From positions 1 through 43,234 of the forward strand of contig DAOOWO010000002.1 in assembly GCA_035371225.1 (NCBI GenBank): DNA of 43,234 nt. The letters run 5' to 3'. Below the pieces are notes generated by a model. The model searched no databases and had not been told where the DNA came from. It was given only the letters and a program-made list of their open reading frames with translations. The translations under genes and the position numbers were made by a program. Shown one piece after another: positions 10,548 to 19,506 of the stretch; position 1 is the first letter of the stretch; the number at the start of each line of letters is the position of its first letter. The DNA is from Bacteroidales bacterium. GTDB lineage: Bacteria > Bacteroidota > Bacteroidia > Bacteroidales > CAIWKO01.

Positions 10548-12104
10548 TCAGAGTTTTATTTCTTCACCGGCATTGTTGAAGAAATGGTATTCAAGAAAAT
10601 GGAAGTTGTTGGAATAGCCAAGTTTTATCCATTGTTTATATTTGAAAAACCATTGCCTGTGCCGTGAATATATTCCCTTTGTAAGGTAGGCGTAGAGGTA
10701 GGGGTGAACCAGCAGTTTTATTTTTCTTTCGTTTTGTTCTTTTAACAGGTACTGAATACGGTTTTCGATATCATCAATCAGGGAAATGCTGGCCCTGATT
10801 TCACCGGATCCTTCGCAAAACGGGCATTGTTCTAATATTTTTACGTTTGTCTCAGGTCTTACACGCTGCCGCGTAATCTGTACCACGCCGAATTTGCTTG
10901 GGGGCAGCACCGTGTGCTTGGCGTGGTCGGCTTCCATTTCGAGGCGCATTTTTTCAAAGAGCAGTCTGCGGTTGGTGGCAATATGCAGGTCGATAAAATC
11001 AATTGAAATGATGCCGCCCATATCGCGTAGCCTGAGTTGCCTGGCAATTTCTGCCGCAGCATCCATATTGACTTCCATGGCGTTGGCTTCCTGGTTGTTA
11101 TCGATATTGCTGCGATGTCCGCTGTTAACATCGATAACATGCATGGCTTCAGTATGTTCAATGATGAGGTATGCTCCGTTTTTAAGGTACACTTTTTTGC
11201 CAAAAGCATTGCGTATCTGTTTGTCGATACCGAAATGCTCAAAAATGGGTTCTTTGCCTTTATAAAGCTTTACTATATCAGACTTTTCGGGTGCTATAGT
11301 TTTGATATAATTTCGGAGTTCGTCACAAATTGCCGCATCATTAACGTGTATGCTGTTAAAGGTCTCGTTCAGGATGTCGCGCAAAATCACCGAGCTGCGG
11401 TCGATTTCACTCAAAATCTTTTTGGGGGCTTTGGCGTTGCCTAACCGTGCCACCATTGATTCCCATTTCTGCATGAGATCCTCCATGTCGGCAATAAGTT
11501 CGGCCACTTTTTTGTTTTCGGCCACCGTTCGGATAATAATACCGAAGTTTTTAGGTTTTATACTGGTTACCAGTCTCTTAAGCCTATTGCGGTCTTCGTT
11601 GCTTTTTATTTTTTGCGATATGGAAATACGATCGGAAAAGGGTACTAATACCAAGTATCTTCCTGCAATAGCCAGTTCGGATGTGATCCGCGGTCCTTTG
11701 TTGGATATAGGTTCTTTTGCTATCTGTACCGGAATTTCCTGGTTAACGGCAATTATCTGCGATATCTTCCCGGTTTTTTCAATATTTTTATCGAATGATA
11801 ATTCGTTGCTGGTTAGCGGAAGCGCTTTTCCCTGTACTGCACTTTTAGTGTATTTCATCAGGGAATGAATCTGCGGGCCTAAATCAAGATAATGCAAAAA
11901 AGCATCTTTTTCGTAGCCTATATCAATAAACGCTGCATTTAAGCCCTGAACGATTCTTTTGACCTTGCCAATGTAAATATCTCCAACAGAAAAAGTATTA
12001 CTATTTTTTTCTCTGTGAAGTTCAACAAGTTTTTTGTTTTCAAGTAATGCAATCAATACTTCGGAAGGACCCGAATCTATAATAAGTTCCCTGTTCAAAG
12101 ACAA
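10548..12104 (-). CDS. rng: Ribonuclease E/G family endoribonuclease (RNase G size)
   Basis: 518 aa. N-terminal S1 domain (GDIYIGKVKRIVQGLNAAFIDIG), an RNase E/G catalytic core (VIDVNSG...) and a CPFCEGSG zinc-link motif. Confidence 0.9.
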   Translation of the reverse strand: MSLNRELIIDSGPSEVLIALLENKKLVELHREKNSNTFSVGDIYIGKVKRIVQGLNAAFIDIGYEKDAFLHYLDLGPQIHSLMKYTKSAVQGKALPLTSNELSFDKNIEKTGKISQIIAVNQEIPVQIAKEPISNKGPRITSELAIAGRYLVLVPFSDRISISQKIKSNEDRNRLKRLVTSIKPKNFGIIIRTVAENKKVAELIADMEDLMQKWESMVARLGNAKAPKKILSEIDRSSVILRDILNETFNSIHVNDAAICDELRNYIKTIAPEKSDIVKLYKGKEPIFEHFGIDKQIRNAFGKKVYLKNGAYLIIEHTEAMHVIDVNSGHRSNIDNNQEANAMEVNMDAAAEIARQLRLRDMGGIISIDFIDLHIATNRRLLFEKMRLEMEADHAKHTVLPPSKFGVVQITRQRVRPETNVKILEQCPFCEGSGEIRASISLIDDIENRIQYLLKEQNERKIKLLVHPYLYAYLTKGIYSRHRQWFFKYKQWIKLGYSNNFHFLEYHFFNNAGEEIKL

Positions 12105-12161
12105 AAAATTTTAAGGCTTTAAATGTGTAATGTGGAATTTTGCAGTGTTGTGTAAAAGAAA

Positions 12162-12202
12162 TAAAAAAAACACCTGCCTTAAATCATAATAATTTAAGGC
12201 AG
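12162..12202 (-). terminator. Intrinsic terminator downstream of the HU / small-peptide genes
   Basis: Perfect 11-bp stem CTGCCTTAAAT (12174-12184) / ATTTAAGGCAG (12192-12202) with a 7-nt loop. On the minus strand it is followed by a T8 run (plus-strand A8 at 12163-12170). Confidence 0.8.
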
Positions 12203-12219
12203 AGTGTTTTAAATAAGAT

Positions 12220-12309
12220 TTATTTCTTCTTATGTCTGTTCTTTCTCAAGCGTTTTTTACGCTTGTGGGTTGACATTTTGTGTCTTTTTCTTTTTTTACC
12301 GCTTGGCAT
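12220..12309 (-). CDS. 29-aa Lys/Arg-rich peptide MPSGKKRKRHKMSTHKRKKRLRKNRHKKK (AURKAIP1/COX24-like, candidate bS22/mS38-type ribosome-associated protein)
   Basis: Not in the ORF track (below 60 aa). ATG at 12309-12307 and TAA at 12222-12220. It lies 20 nt downstream of HU and directly upstream of a strong terminator. The sequence type matches small basic peptides conserved in Bacteroidota. Confidence 0.6.
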   Translation of the reverse strand: MPSGKKRKRHKMSTHKRKKRLRKNRHKKK

Positions 12310-12329
12310 ATTTTTAAAATTTAGGGATA

Positions 12330-12614
12330 TTATTTAACACTCTTTTTTACTTCGCTGGTAAATACCTTTGCCGGTTTGAAAGCGGGGATATTATGAGCCG
12401 GAATAACGATGGTGGTATTTTTTGAAATATTTCTTCCGGTTTTTTGTGCGCGTTTTTTTACTATGAAACTGCCAAAGCCTCTGAGATAAACGTTTTCGCC
12501 TTTTTGCATTGCAGCTTTTACTGCCTCCATGAATGCTTCAACTGATGTTTGAACAGTTAATTTTTCAATACCTGTTTTGTTAGCAATTTCTGCTACGATT
12601 TCTGCTTTTGTCAT
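12330..12614 (-). CDS. hup: HU family DNA-binding protein
   Basis: 94 aa. The MTKAEIVAEIA...LRGFGSF.VKKRAQKTGRN....T.VIPAHNIPAFKPAK pattern is typical of HU/IHF. Confidence 0.92.
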   Translation of the reverse strand: MTKAEIVAEIANKTGIEKLTVQTSVEAFMEAVKAAMQKGENVYLRGFGSFIVKKRAQKTGRNISKNTTIVIPAHNIPAFKPAKVFTSEVKKSVK

Positions 12615-12687
12615 AATGAAAAAAAATTTTTTATAAGTTAAATATTAAGGTATAATTTCGTTTTCCACTGTTTTTTTTACCGGGGTG

Positions 12688-12695
12688 CAAATATA
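12688..12695 (-). promoter_or_regulatory. Candidate -7 box (TATATTTG on the minus strand) for the HU operon
   Basis: The plus-strand CAAATATA is the reverse complement of TATATTTG, matching TAnnTTTG. It lies 74 nt upstream of the HU ATG. Confidence 0.35.
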
Positions 12696-12776
12696 AACTT
12701 ATTTTTTCAAAAGCAATTTTTTTCTCAATTTTATTTTTGGGAAAATGACGTATTTTGCATTAATAATTAACAGGTT

Positions 12777-13844
12777 GTGAAATTTTCAGATAATTTAATA
12801 AGGTGGTATAATCAGCATAAGCGAAAGCTTCCCTGGCGAAATACCAACGATGCTTACAAAATATGGATGTCGGAGGTTATACTTCAACAAACGCGTGTTG
12901 AACAGGGTTTGGGATATTATGAACGGATTATTGCCAGGTATCCCGACATTTTCAGAATGGCAGATGCCAAAGAGGAGGATTTGCTAAAATTGTGGCAAGG
13001 GCTGGGATATTATACCAGGGCCCGTAATATGTTGAGTGCCGCACAAGAAATTGTGACTGATTACGCGGGTATTTTCCCCCAATCTTTTGATGAGATAATA
13101 AAAATCAAAGGGATAGGAAAATATACGGCAGCGGCAATTTTGTCTTTTGCCTACGATTTACCCTATCCCGTGATGGATGGTAACGTGAAAAGGGTTTTGT
13201 CGCGCTATTTTTGCCTGACCGGCGATATTGCTAATGCGGCTACCGAGAAGGAGCTGGAAAATAAACTGCAAAAAGTGTTCGACAAAAAAAGGCCTTCGGA
13301 TTTCAACCAGGCCATCATGGAATTTGGCGCCCTGCATTGCAAAGCCGATAATCCCGGTTGCGCAAATTGTGTAGTAAAAGATGGCTGTAAGGCGTTTTTA
13401 AAGAATAAAGTCGCTGAATTGCCTGTAAAATCAAAAAGAACAAAGGTAAAAACAAGGTATTTTTATTACCTGGTGCCATGGCTAAAAGTGCACAGCCAAA
13501 AATATACTTTTCTGCAAAAGCGTGAAGCGGAAGATATCTGGAAACATCTATTCCAGTTTCCACTCATCGAAACGGCGAAAAAGTTATCATGGAATCGTCT
13601 TGCCGTAACGCCGGAATTCAAAAATTTTCTGAAAAACGATCATTATAAGGTGCTTGAGATTTCTGACGTTTATTTTCATAAATTGAGCCATCAGACTATC
13701 TGTGCCGTATTTGTACAATTGGAAGTGTTCAGCGGATTACATGATGAAAAACTAAATAAAGTGCCGATCCAAAACCTGAAAAAATATCCCACATCGCGGC
13801 TTATTGAAAAGTACCTCATAGAACATGTCTTTGCTGACACATAA
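12777..13844 (+). CDS. mutY: A/G-specific adenine DNA glycosylase
   Basis: HhH-GPD region (IKGIGKYTAAAILSFAY), 4Fe-4S cluster loop (CKADNPGCANCVVKDGC) and a C-terminal NUDIX-like domain. GTG start as listed. Confidence 0.9.
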   Translation: MKFSDNLIRWYNQHKRKLPWRNTNDAYKIWMSEVILQQTRVEQGLGYYERIIARYPDIFRMADAKEEDLLKLWQGLGYYTRARNMLSAAQEIVTDYAGIFPQSFDEIIKIKGIGKYTAAAILSFAYDLPYPVMDGNVKRVLSRYFCLTGDIANAATEKELENKLQKVFDKKRPSDFNQAIMEFGALHCKADNPGCANCVVKDGCKAFLKNKVAELPVKSKRTKVKTRYFYYLVPWLKVHSQKYTFLQKREAEDIWKHLFQFPLIETAKKLSWNRLAVTPEFKNFLKNDHYKVLEISDVYFHKLSHQTICAVFVQLEVFSGLHDEKLNKVPIQNLKKYPTSRLIEKYLIEHVFADT

Positions 13845-13868
13845 AAAATGCTTATAAAACCTTATAAA

Positions 13869-14207
13869 ATGAAGCTTATCAACGTATTTATATTTTTTGT
13901 TTTTCTATCTCTATCGGCTTGTAAGAGTGCCAGGGAATCGCAGGTTGTGGAGCAGGCCGGACCCGCTCCGTTATCACTGTCAAGCGGCAGGGTTTCGCAT
14001 CAATACCGGGCCACAGGCTGTTTGACCGTGATACTGGTTGATAAACCCGGGGAAGCACTTGTACTGATACCCAGGGAGCAATTGGCATCCAAATATGATA
14101 AAGACGGACTGGAATTGAATTTTAATTATCATCTTTTAAAAATGCCCAATCCCAAAGGCTGCGAAGTGGGGATTCCTGCCGAGTTGAGTAATATTTCCAT
14201 AAAATAA
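13869..14207 (+). CDS. Small hypothetical lipoprotein
   Basis: The ATG at 13869 gives MKLINVFIFFVFLSLSAC (lipobox). No recognisable domain. Confidence 0.5.
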   Translation: MKLINVFIFFVFLSLSACKSARESQVVEQAGPAPLSLSSGRVSHQYRATGCLTVILVDKPGEALVLIPREQLASKYDKDGLELNFNYHLLKMPNPKGCEVGIPAELSNISIK

Positions 14208-14444
14208 GCCCCGCGAAACCAAGCCCATTCGTTATTGCTTTGTCTGATAATGCTTTGTCCTGCAGAAGGATAGAGTTTCGAGAGGCTCAGAGGCGCTTAG
14301 ACAAAAGAATAGTAACTTTGAGAGGCTTTACCTGCCAACTTACTGTTATTGGAAAGAGCTGCCGGGGTGTCATTTTATTGTTTTTTTATTTTTTAGCTTT
14401 TACTCCAAATAATTATCAAAAAATGCACCAGCAGAAGAGCGATT

Positions 14445-14912
14445 TTATTGGTTGTCTGAAAATGCATTCATGTTGGCAGTAGTCACTTTCCATTCACCCA
14501 TATCAGTTTTTACCCAATTAGCTGTGAATATCCCGTGAGGATGTCCAATTACAGAATCATTTATTACAATGTCCAATTCATATTTTCCGGTATAACCTGC
14601 TCTGTCAGTTGATGACCATTCTTGCAGTTTTTCTGTCTGTAGATTTTTTACAATTTTATAATATGGCCCCACCCATTTGTCAGCAAGTTCTTTTGAATTT
14701 ATGATAATGAGTTCATCGTCAATCAGAACAACGTCTGGCGCAAACATATTGCAAATTCCAATGGAGTCATTATTATTCCACGTGTTTTGCCAGTTTGTAA
14801 TTAACGAATCAATAGGTGCTTTCGGCACTTCTGTTTCGGTTGGTTTTTGGTTGCATGAGAATAATAGGCCAATAGCGAGAATTCCAAAAAGAATTTTTTT
14901 CATTTTTTTCAT
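14445..14912 (-). CDS. NTF2-like (SnoaL/DUF4440-type) lipoprotein, function unknown
   Basis: Signal and lipobox MKKILFGILAIGLLFSC. The size of about 130 residues and the alternating pattern ending in W.V....... are consistent with a cone-shaped NTF2 fold. Weak assignment. Confidence 0.45.
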   Translation of the reverse strand: MKKMKKILFGILAIGLLFSCNQKPTETEVPKAPIDSLITNWQNTWNNNDSIGICNMFAPDVVLIDDELIIINSKELADKWVGPYYKIVKNLQTEKLQEWSSTDRAGYTGKYELDIVINDSVIGHPHGIFTANWVKTDMGEWKVTTANMNAFSDNQ

Positions 14913-15205
14913 TTTTAAAGGTTAATAATTTATTTATTACAAAAGAGTTGCCCGTTTATTCTTTTTGTCTTATATGTTAAGCAAAATTAAAATTAAGCAA
15001 AAATAAACATTTTGATATTGCAAACAAATGTTTTTAATTATTTTTTTAAAGGATTATAATATATGTCTTCTATCTTTTTGCAATAAGTAAAAACACATTT
15101 ATTCCACAGTCATGCGGATTGCTTAAATGCAGAAGTTATTTGCTAAGGCATAAGTTGTTTTGCAGGCCTTGCAGCAAGAAAAAAGGAAATTTTCAGCGCA
15201 TCATC

Positions 15206-15754
15206 CTATGAGAGATTGAATTTTTCGGGGTGTTTGGCCACTCTCCCTTTGTAAAATTTTTCAATAATTTTAAAGTCTTCTTCATAGTTTCCGCTTGGAT
15301 GTATTACCACATCGGACACGCAACACACTTTTTCCTTATAATCCACATAGCAGAGCACGATAGGAATCTGAGCGGCTGTGGCAATAAAATAATAGCCTTT
15401 CTTCCAGTGTTTGGTGTATTTGCGTGTGCCTTCCGGCGTGATGACAAGGCAGAGGTTTTCGGCACTTTTAAAAACATCAACAATATGTTTGGCGACGTTG
15501 CTCCCGTGTTCGCGGTCAACAGGAATCCCGCCTATCCACATCAAAAATCGTTTTAAGGGAAACCGGAAATATTCTTTTTTTATCAGGAATTTTACATGGA
15601 GCCTGAATACCGATGCTGAAAACCGTCCTATTGGAAAATCCCAGAAGCTTGTATGTGGCGCCACCAGTAAAATGCAGTTTCCAATACCTTCAGGCAGTTG
15701 ATATACCGGTCGCCAGCCGAAAAGTTTCAATAGTAAGCGTGATAAATGTTTCAT
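15206..15754 (-). CDS. Lysophospholipid (1-acyl-sn-glycerol-3-phosphate-type) acyltransferase family protein
   Basis: HX4D motif (HTSFWD) and a TPEGTR motif. The preferred start is the ATG at 15754 (MKHLSRLLLKLFGW), which avoids overlap with the lepA start. Confidence 0.7.
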   Translation of the reverse strand: MKHLSRLLLKLFGWRPVYQLPEGIGNCILLVAPHTSFWDFPIGRFSASVFRLHVKFLIKKEYFRFPLKRFLMWIGGIPVDREHGSNVAKHIVDVFKSAENLCLVITPEGTRKYTKHWKKGYYFIATAAQIPIVLCYVDYKEKVCCVSDVVIHPSGNYEEDFKIIEKFYKGRVAKHPEKFNLS

Positions 15755-15782
15755 GTTTGTAAAGGACAAAATTTCCGGACTG

Positions 15783-15790
15783 CAAAAATA
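15783..15790 (-). promoter_or_regulatory. Candidate -7 box (TATTTTTG on the minus strand) for the acyltransferase gene
   Basis: Plus-strand CAAAAATA, 29 nt upstream of the ATG at 15754. Confidence 0.4.
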
Positions 15791-15812
15791 ATAATAAAAA
15801 GCAAAAAAGTAG

Positions 15813-15820
15813 TATTTTTG
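15813..15820 (+). promoter_or_regulatory. Candidate -7 box (TATTTTTG) for lepA
   Basis: Exact TAnnTTTG match ending only 5 nt before the lepA ATG. This would imply a leaderless or near-leaderless mRNA. Confidence 0.4.
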
Positions 15821-15825
15821 CACCA

Positions 15826-17610
15826 ATGAAAAACCTGAGAAACTTTTGTATCATTGCCCATATTGACCACGGCAAAAGCACTTTAGCAGACCGTATGCTC
15901 GAAATTACGGGCACGGTCACAGCCCGCGAATTTCAAAATCAGGTACTGGACGATATGGATCTGGAACGCGAAAGAGGTATCACGATAAAAAGCCATGCCA
16001 TTCAAATGACTTATGAATTTGAGGGGCAGAAGTATTTTATGAACCTGATCGATACCCCCGGCCATGTGGACTTTTCCTATGAAGTTTCCCGTTCGATTGC
16101 TGCCTGCGAAGGCGCCTTGCTGGTGGTGGATGCCACTCAGGGAATACAAGCGCAAACCATCTCGAACCTATATCAGGCACTGGATCATGAGTTGGAAATT
16201 ATTCCGGTACTGAACAAAATGGACATGGATAGCGCTATGCCCGAAGAAGTTAAGGATCAGATTGTGGACCTCATCGGTTGCCACCGCGAGGAAATTATTG
16301 AAGCCAGCGCAAGAACCGGAATGGGAATAACCAACATTCTGGAGGCCATAGTAAAAAGAATACCCTGCCCGAAAGGTGACCCTGAAAAACCTTTGCAGGC
16401 CCTGATATTTGATTCGGTTTTTAATTCTTACCGCGGCATTATTGCTTATTTCAGGATTTTTAACGGCGAACTCAGGCATAATGACTTTGTGAAATTTTTT
16501 GCCACGGACCACGAATACCACGCCGACGAAATTGGTATTCTGAAACTTGATTTTCAGCCTCGTGAGGTGATGCGTGCCGGAGAGGTAGGCTATATTATAT
16601 CGGGAATAAAAACAGCCAAAGAGGTAAAAGTGGGTGATACCATTACCCATGTTGAAAGACCCTGTGGTACTGCTGTTTCCGGATTTCAGGATGTGAAACC
16701 TATGGTGTATGCGGGTGTTTATCCAGTAGATGCTGATGATTATGAAGAATTACGCACCTCGCTGGAAAAACTTCAGTTGAACGATGCTTCGCTGCATTTT
16801 GAACCTGAATCCTCTGCCGCCCTGGGATTTGGTTTCCGTTGCGGTTTCCTGGGCCTGTTGCACATGGAAATTGTGCAGGAGAGGCTGTACAGGGAATTTG
16901 ATATGGATGTCATCACCACGGTGCCCAACGTTTCTTTCAAAGTTTTTACCACCAAAGGAGAGGAGATAGATGTCCATAATCCTTCGGGGCTGCCTCTGGT
17001 AACCACTATCGAACATATAGAGGAACCTTACATTCTGGCGCAAATCATCTCTAAATCGGATTATACCGGGCAACTGATGACCTTATGTATTGAAAAGCGC
17101 GGTATTATGAAAAACCAGGTGTACCTCACCAGCGACAGGGTGGAACTGACCTTTGAAATGCCCCTCAGCGAGATTGTCTTTGACTTTTACGATAAACTGA
17201 AAAGTATTTCGAGAGGTTATGCATCTTTTGATTATCATATCATTGGCAACAGGCCAGCCACTTTGGTCCGCCTGGATATTCTGCTGAACGGCGAGATGGT
17301 GGATGCGCTTTCAACACTTATTCATCGTGATTATGCCTATGATTTCGGGCGAAAAATGTGCGAAAAACTCCAGGATCTCATTCCGCGTCAGCAATACGAA
17401 GTAGCCATACAAGCCGCTATCGGAGCGAAAATCATTGCCCGTGAAACCATCAGGCCGGTACGTAAAGACGTTACCGCCAAATGTTATGGAGGTGATATCA
17501 CCCGTAAAAGAAAGTTACTCGAAAAGCAGAAAAAAGGTAAAAAACGTATGAGGCAAATCGGTAATATCGAGGTGCCGCAGTCGGCTTTTCTGGCAGTATT
17601 GAAACTGTGA
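15826..17610 (+). CDS. lepA: Translation elongation factor 4
   Basis: G1 motif [15 protein letters not shown] and DTPGHVDF, with the LepA-specific C-terminal domain. 594 aa. Confidence 0.96.
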   Translation: MKNLRNFCIIAHIDHGKSTLADRMLEITGTVTAREFQNQVLDDMDLERERGITIKSHAIQMTYEFEGQKYFMNLIDTPGHVDFSYEVSRSIAACEGALLVVDATQGIQAQTISNLYQALDHELEIIPVLNKMDMDSAMPEEVKDQIVDLIGCHREEIIEASARTGMGITNILEAIVKRIPCPKGDPEKPLQALIFDSVFNSYRGIIAYFRIFNGELRHNDFVKFFATDHEYHADEIGILKLDFQPREVMRAGEVGYIISGIKTAKEVKVGDTITHVERPCGTAVSGFQDVKPMVYAGVYPVDADDYEELRTSLEKLQLNDASLHFEPESSAALGFGFRCGFLGLLHMEIVQERLYREFDMDVITTVPNVSFKVFTTKGEEIDVHNPSGLPLVTTIEHIEEPYILAQIISKSDYTGQLMTLCIEKRGIMKNQVYLTSDRVELTFEMPLSEIVFDFYDKLKSISRGYASFDYHIIGNRPATLVRLDILLNGEMVDALSTLIHRDYAYDFGRKMCEKLQDLIPRQQYEVAIQAAIGAKIIARETIRPVRKDVTAKCYGGDITRKRKLLEKQKKGKKRMRQIGNIEVPQSAFLAVLKL

Positions 17611-17644
17611 TAATTATTTATTTTTTTAAGACAGTTAAATTTTA

Positions 17645-17652
17645 TAATTTTG
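17645..17652 (+). promoter_or_regulatory. Candidate -7 box (TAATTTTG) for the YebC-family gene
   Basis: Exact TAnnTTTG match, 37 nt upstream of the ATG at 17689. Confidence 0.45.
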
Positions 17653-17688
17653 CACTTTAAAACGGAAACAAAACAAAAAAACTAATAT

Positions 17689-18429
17689 ATGTCAGGACAT
17701 AATAAGTGGTCAACCATCAAAAGGAAAAAAGGAGCGCTTGACTCAAAAAGATCGAAAATTTTTTCGAGAATCATTAAGGAAATTAATATTGCTGTAAAAG
17801 AAGGCGGCCCCGATCCCGACGGCAACCCAAAACTCCGTCTGGCGATTGCTAATGCTAAAGGCGCGAATATGCCTAAAGACAACGTGCAGCGGGCTATCAA
17901 CAAAGCTTCGGATAAAGACGCGTCTACTTATTCTGAAGTTACTTACGAAGGTTATGCTCCTAATGGAATAGCTATTTTTATTGAATGTGCAACCGACAAC
18001 ATACAACGCACAGTTTCCAATATACGTTCGTATTTCAACAAACATGGCGGAAACCTCGGCACCAACGGGTCGCTGAGTTTTATTTTCGACCGTAAAGGTA
18101 TTTTCCGTCTGCCCAAAGGCAATATAAATACTGATGAATTTGAAATGGAAGTTATAGACGCTGGCGCAGAAGATATTGATTATGAGGAAGATACAATTGT
18201 TGTAACCACAGATTTTGAGAATTTTGGTTCCATGATCAAAAAGATGGAAGAAATGAAAATAGAAGTGGAAAGCGCCGAACTGCAACGCATCCCCAAAACC
18301 ACCACCGCACTCGACAAAGAATCGGCACAGAAAGTGCTGAAACTTGTGGAGGTTTTTGAAGACGACGATGATGTGCAGAATGTTTTTCACAACCTCGAAC
18401 TTACTGACGAACTGATGGACGAATTATAA
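17689..18429 (+). CDS. YebC/PmpR family DNA-binding transcriptional regulator
   Basis: The N-terminus MSGHNKWSTIKRKKGALDSKRSKIFSRIIKEI is diagnostic for the family. 246 aa. Confidence 0.93.
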   Translation: MSGHNKWSTIKRKKGALDSKRSKIFSRIIKEINIAVKEGGPDPDGNPKLRLAIANAKGANMPKDNVQRAINKASDKDASTYSEVTYEGYAPNGIAIFIECATDNIQRTVSNIRSYFNKHGGNLGTNGSLSFIFDRKGIFRLPKGNINTDEFEMEVIDAGAEDIDYEEDTIVVTTDFENFGSMIKKMEEMKIEVESAELQRIPKTTTALDKESAQKVLKLVEVFEDDDDVQNVFHNLELTDELMDEL

Positions 18430-18454
18430 TTCATTCAGATCAGTACATTATTTA

Positions 18455-18488
18455 AAAAACCTCCGTAACTTTATGGAGGTTTTTTTTA
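18455..18488 (+). terminator. Intrinsic terminator after the YebC-family gene
   Basis: AAAAAACCTCCGTAACTTTATGGAGGTTTTTTTT: CCTCC/GGAGG-based stem followed by a T8 run. Confidence 0.8.
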
Positions 18489-18605
18489 TTTAACTGAAGT
18501 TACGCATAAAAAATAAAATTGATAAATACCAGTCATTTGTGGATTGCAAAGAGATTAACACTATGGTAAACAACTTTTTTACATATAGTCAAAAAGAACA
18601 AAACT

Positions 18606-18736
18606 ACGGTCAGTCTGAGCAGATTCTCCTGAAACGAAAGTGGAAGGAGAAGATTGTCGAAGACGACCGTTGTATGTCACACTTCGACTCGGACTCAACC
18701 CTCATTGCCACGCTATGCCCGGCTCTGTGTGACATA
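18606..18736 (+). other. Candidate structured RNA element or leader, unclassified
   Basis: Hairpin 1 (18606-18670) is about 23 bp, capped by a GAAA tetraloop, with tandem G-A mismatches. It is immediately followed by a perfect 10-bp long-range stem TATGTCACAC (18673-18682) / GTGTGACATA (18727-18736). The region is not AT-rich, unlike other spacers. Confidence 0.3.
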
Positions 18737-18776
18737 AAAAAATCATGCGAAACTTAAGTTATTTAAAATCCCGATT

Positions 18777-19295
18777 ATGAAAAAAATTATTTTGTCGGTA
18801 CTAATCATGGTAACTTTTTTTGCTGACCTTCTCGCCCAGGAAATGTGCCAGAGAGTTTTCGACGAAAAAAGCCAGAAGGATATCCTTGTGGGCGCCTGTA
18901 CCCGTGAAGGCATACTTGCCTGTGCTTTTGCCGAAGATTATACTATTGAATACCCGGCCTACCAGCCTGTTGATTCCATAGTTTCACAACTGAAAAATCT
19001 TATCGGAGGCCTGAAATGCGTGATCGTGCTTGGAACATGGTGCGGTGACAGCAAAGAACAGGTTCCGCGGTTTTTCAAAATATTGGATCAGGCAGGTGAT
19101 GTTTTTGATAAATTGGAAATTTTTTGTGTTGACAGGCAAAAGGAAGTGCCGGGCATGGAAATAAAAACCAACTACAATATTGAAAAAGTCCCGACATTTA
19201 TTTTTTTTAGGGATGACACCGAAATTGGCAGGATAGTCGAAACCCCGAAAACCACACTTGAAAAAGACCTGCTGGATATAATTCTTGGGAAATAG
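18777..19295 (+). CDS. Secreted thioredoxin-fold protein (monothiol WCGDS motif)
   Basis: Signal peptide MKKIILSVLIMVTFFADLLAQ. Thioredoxin-like core VLGTWCGDSKEQVPRF ... VPTFIFF. Confidence 0.7.
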   Translation: MKKIILSVLIMVTFFADLLAQEMCQRVFDEKSQKDILVGACTREGILACAFAEDYTIEYPAYQPVDSIVSQLKNLIGGLKCVIVLGTWCGDSKEQVPRFFKILDQAGDVFDKLEIFCVDRQKEVPGMEIKTNYNIEKVPTFIFFRDDTEIGRIVETPKTTLEKDLLDIILGK

Positions 19296-19506
19296 ATTTT
19301 TTTGTTTTGATCCTGCTACTCCCGAATCATCAAATTGTGTGGCTAAAGGAATAAAAAATGACAAAATGAAAAAGACATTATTTGGTTTTATCTTAATGGC
19401 ATCTTCTACATTATTGTCGGGTCAACATAATAACACATACAAAAGTTAGTATGTGACTACCAAACCATCATCAGGAAATAAACTTTTATAAATTGAAAAG
19501 AAATTT

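Noticed and set aside
12140-12337. A 65-aa plus-strand ORF between rng and HU.
   Set aside because: It spans a terminator hairpin and is the shadow of the 29-aa basic peptide gene on the minus strand. No start context or motif.
17743-18390. Long antisense ORFs opposite real genes. Examples are the 215-aa ORF opposite the YebC-family gene, 22552..23232 opposite the kinase/regulator genes, 34713..35333 opposite dnaX, 10786..11868 opposite rng, 16168..16650 opposite lepA, and 42502..42924 opposite topA.
   Set aside because: Where I checked the phase (17743..18390 and 22552..23232), the ORFs lie in the antisense frame that shares codon boundaries with the sense gene. That frame stays open whenever TTA, CTA and TCA codons are rare. 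The translations are low-complexity with no motifs. The sense genes have unambiguous family signatures.
18539-18757. A 72-aa ORF (GTG start) as a genuine protein gene, and a possible resemblance of the hairpin at 18606-18670 to SRP RNA domain IV (GNRA loop plus symmetric internal loop).
   Set aside because: The ORF has no recognisable domain or signal, and the region is better explained by RNA structure. It is kept only as an alternative in the finding. The SRP idea fails because the conserved domain IV nucleotides (AGG / AGCA loop, GGAA-type context) are absent and a second adjacent stem does not fit SRP RNA.
19366-19449. A 27-codon ORF, MKKTLFGFILMASSTLLSGQHNNTYKS, resembling an isolated signal peptide.
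   Set aside because: It is too short, ends right after the hydrophobic segment, and I have no supporting conservation. It is probably a remnant or chance ORF in an AT-rich spacer.
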